A stretch of 64,000 nt of DNA, from assembly GCF_006345805.1 (NCBI RefSeq), contig NC_042998.1, positions 153,202,001 through 153,266,000 on the forward strand, read 5' to 3'. Below, piece after piece: positions 63,741 through 64,000 of this stretch (positions within the stretch are counted from its first letter, which is position 1; every line of letters starts with the position of its first letter). The translations under genes were made by a program, and so were the position numbers. The stretch is from Octopus sinensis. Taxonomy: Eukaryota. Below the pieces are notes generated by a model, which was not told the DNA's origin, made no database searches, and saw only the letters and a program-made list of their open reading frames with translations.

Positions 63741-64000
63741 GAAAGTTTTTTAGGACGAATATAAGACCTATATCCAAGTAGCAGAAAGATCGCCCAAAAG
63801 TGTATATAGATATTTAAATGTATTTATATATTCATCTATACACAGATGTATGTATAATGTGTGTGTATATATTTCCATAGAGGTAACCTTTCACTCCATA
63901 CAAAGTTTTTTAGGACGAATATAAGATCTAAAGTATATACAAGTAGCACAAAGATCGCCCAAAAGTGTATATAGATATATAAATGTATTTATATATTCAT
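63741..64000. repeat. tandem repeat with ~160-bp period, running off the window
   Basis: aaagttttttaggacgaatataaga...gatcgcccaaaagtgtatatagatat occurs at ~63742 and ~63902. Confidence 0.85.

Overview
Animal genomic DNA: AT-rich and dominated by transposons and microsatellites. The SINE and RTE families look like those of octopus (inferred from family resemblance, not a database search). The window lies inside one + strand host gene, a MAP3K4/MEKK4 orthologue. Eight GT-AG coding exons (3021-45925) join in frame and match the N-terminal regulatory region of MEKK4; the kinase exons must lie beyond the window. The long introns hold: a complete Gypsy-type LTR retrotransposon (20681-24711, - strand, 5-bp TSD); two degraded Gypsy pol remnants; CR1/L2-group and RTE LINE fragments; mariner and hAT relics; three tRNA-derived SINE families; a near full-length U6 copy fused to a SINE; four minimal hammerhead-ribozyme motifs in Penelope-like AT-rich relics; and two full-length Tx1-like L1-clade LINEs in tandem at one 15-bp target. 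The best leads are (1) a primer-binding site that lacks TGG and is instead complementary to nucleotides 1-12 of tRNA-Phe, (2) the site-specific Tx1-like pair with mosaic divergence, and (3) the U6-SINE chimera.
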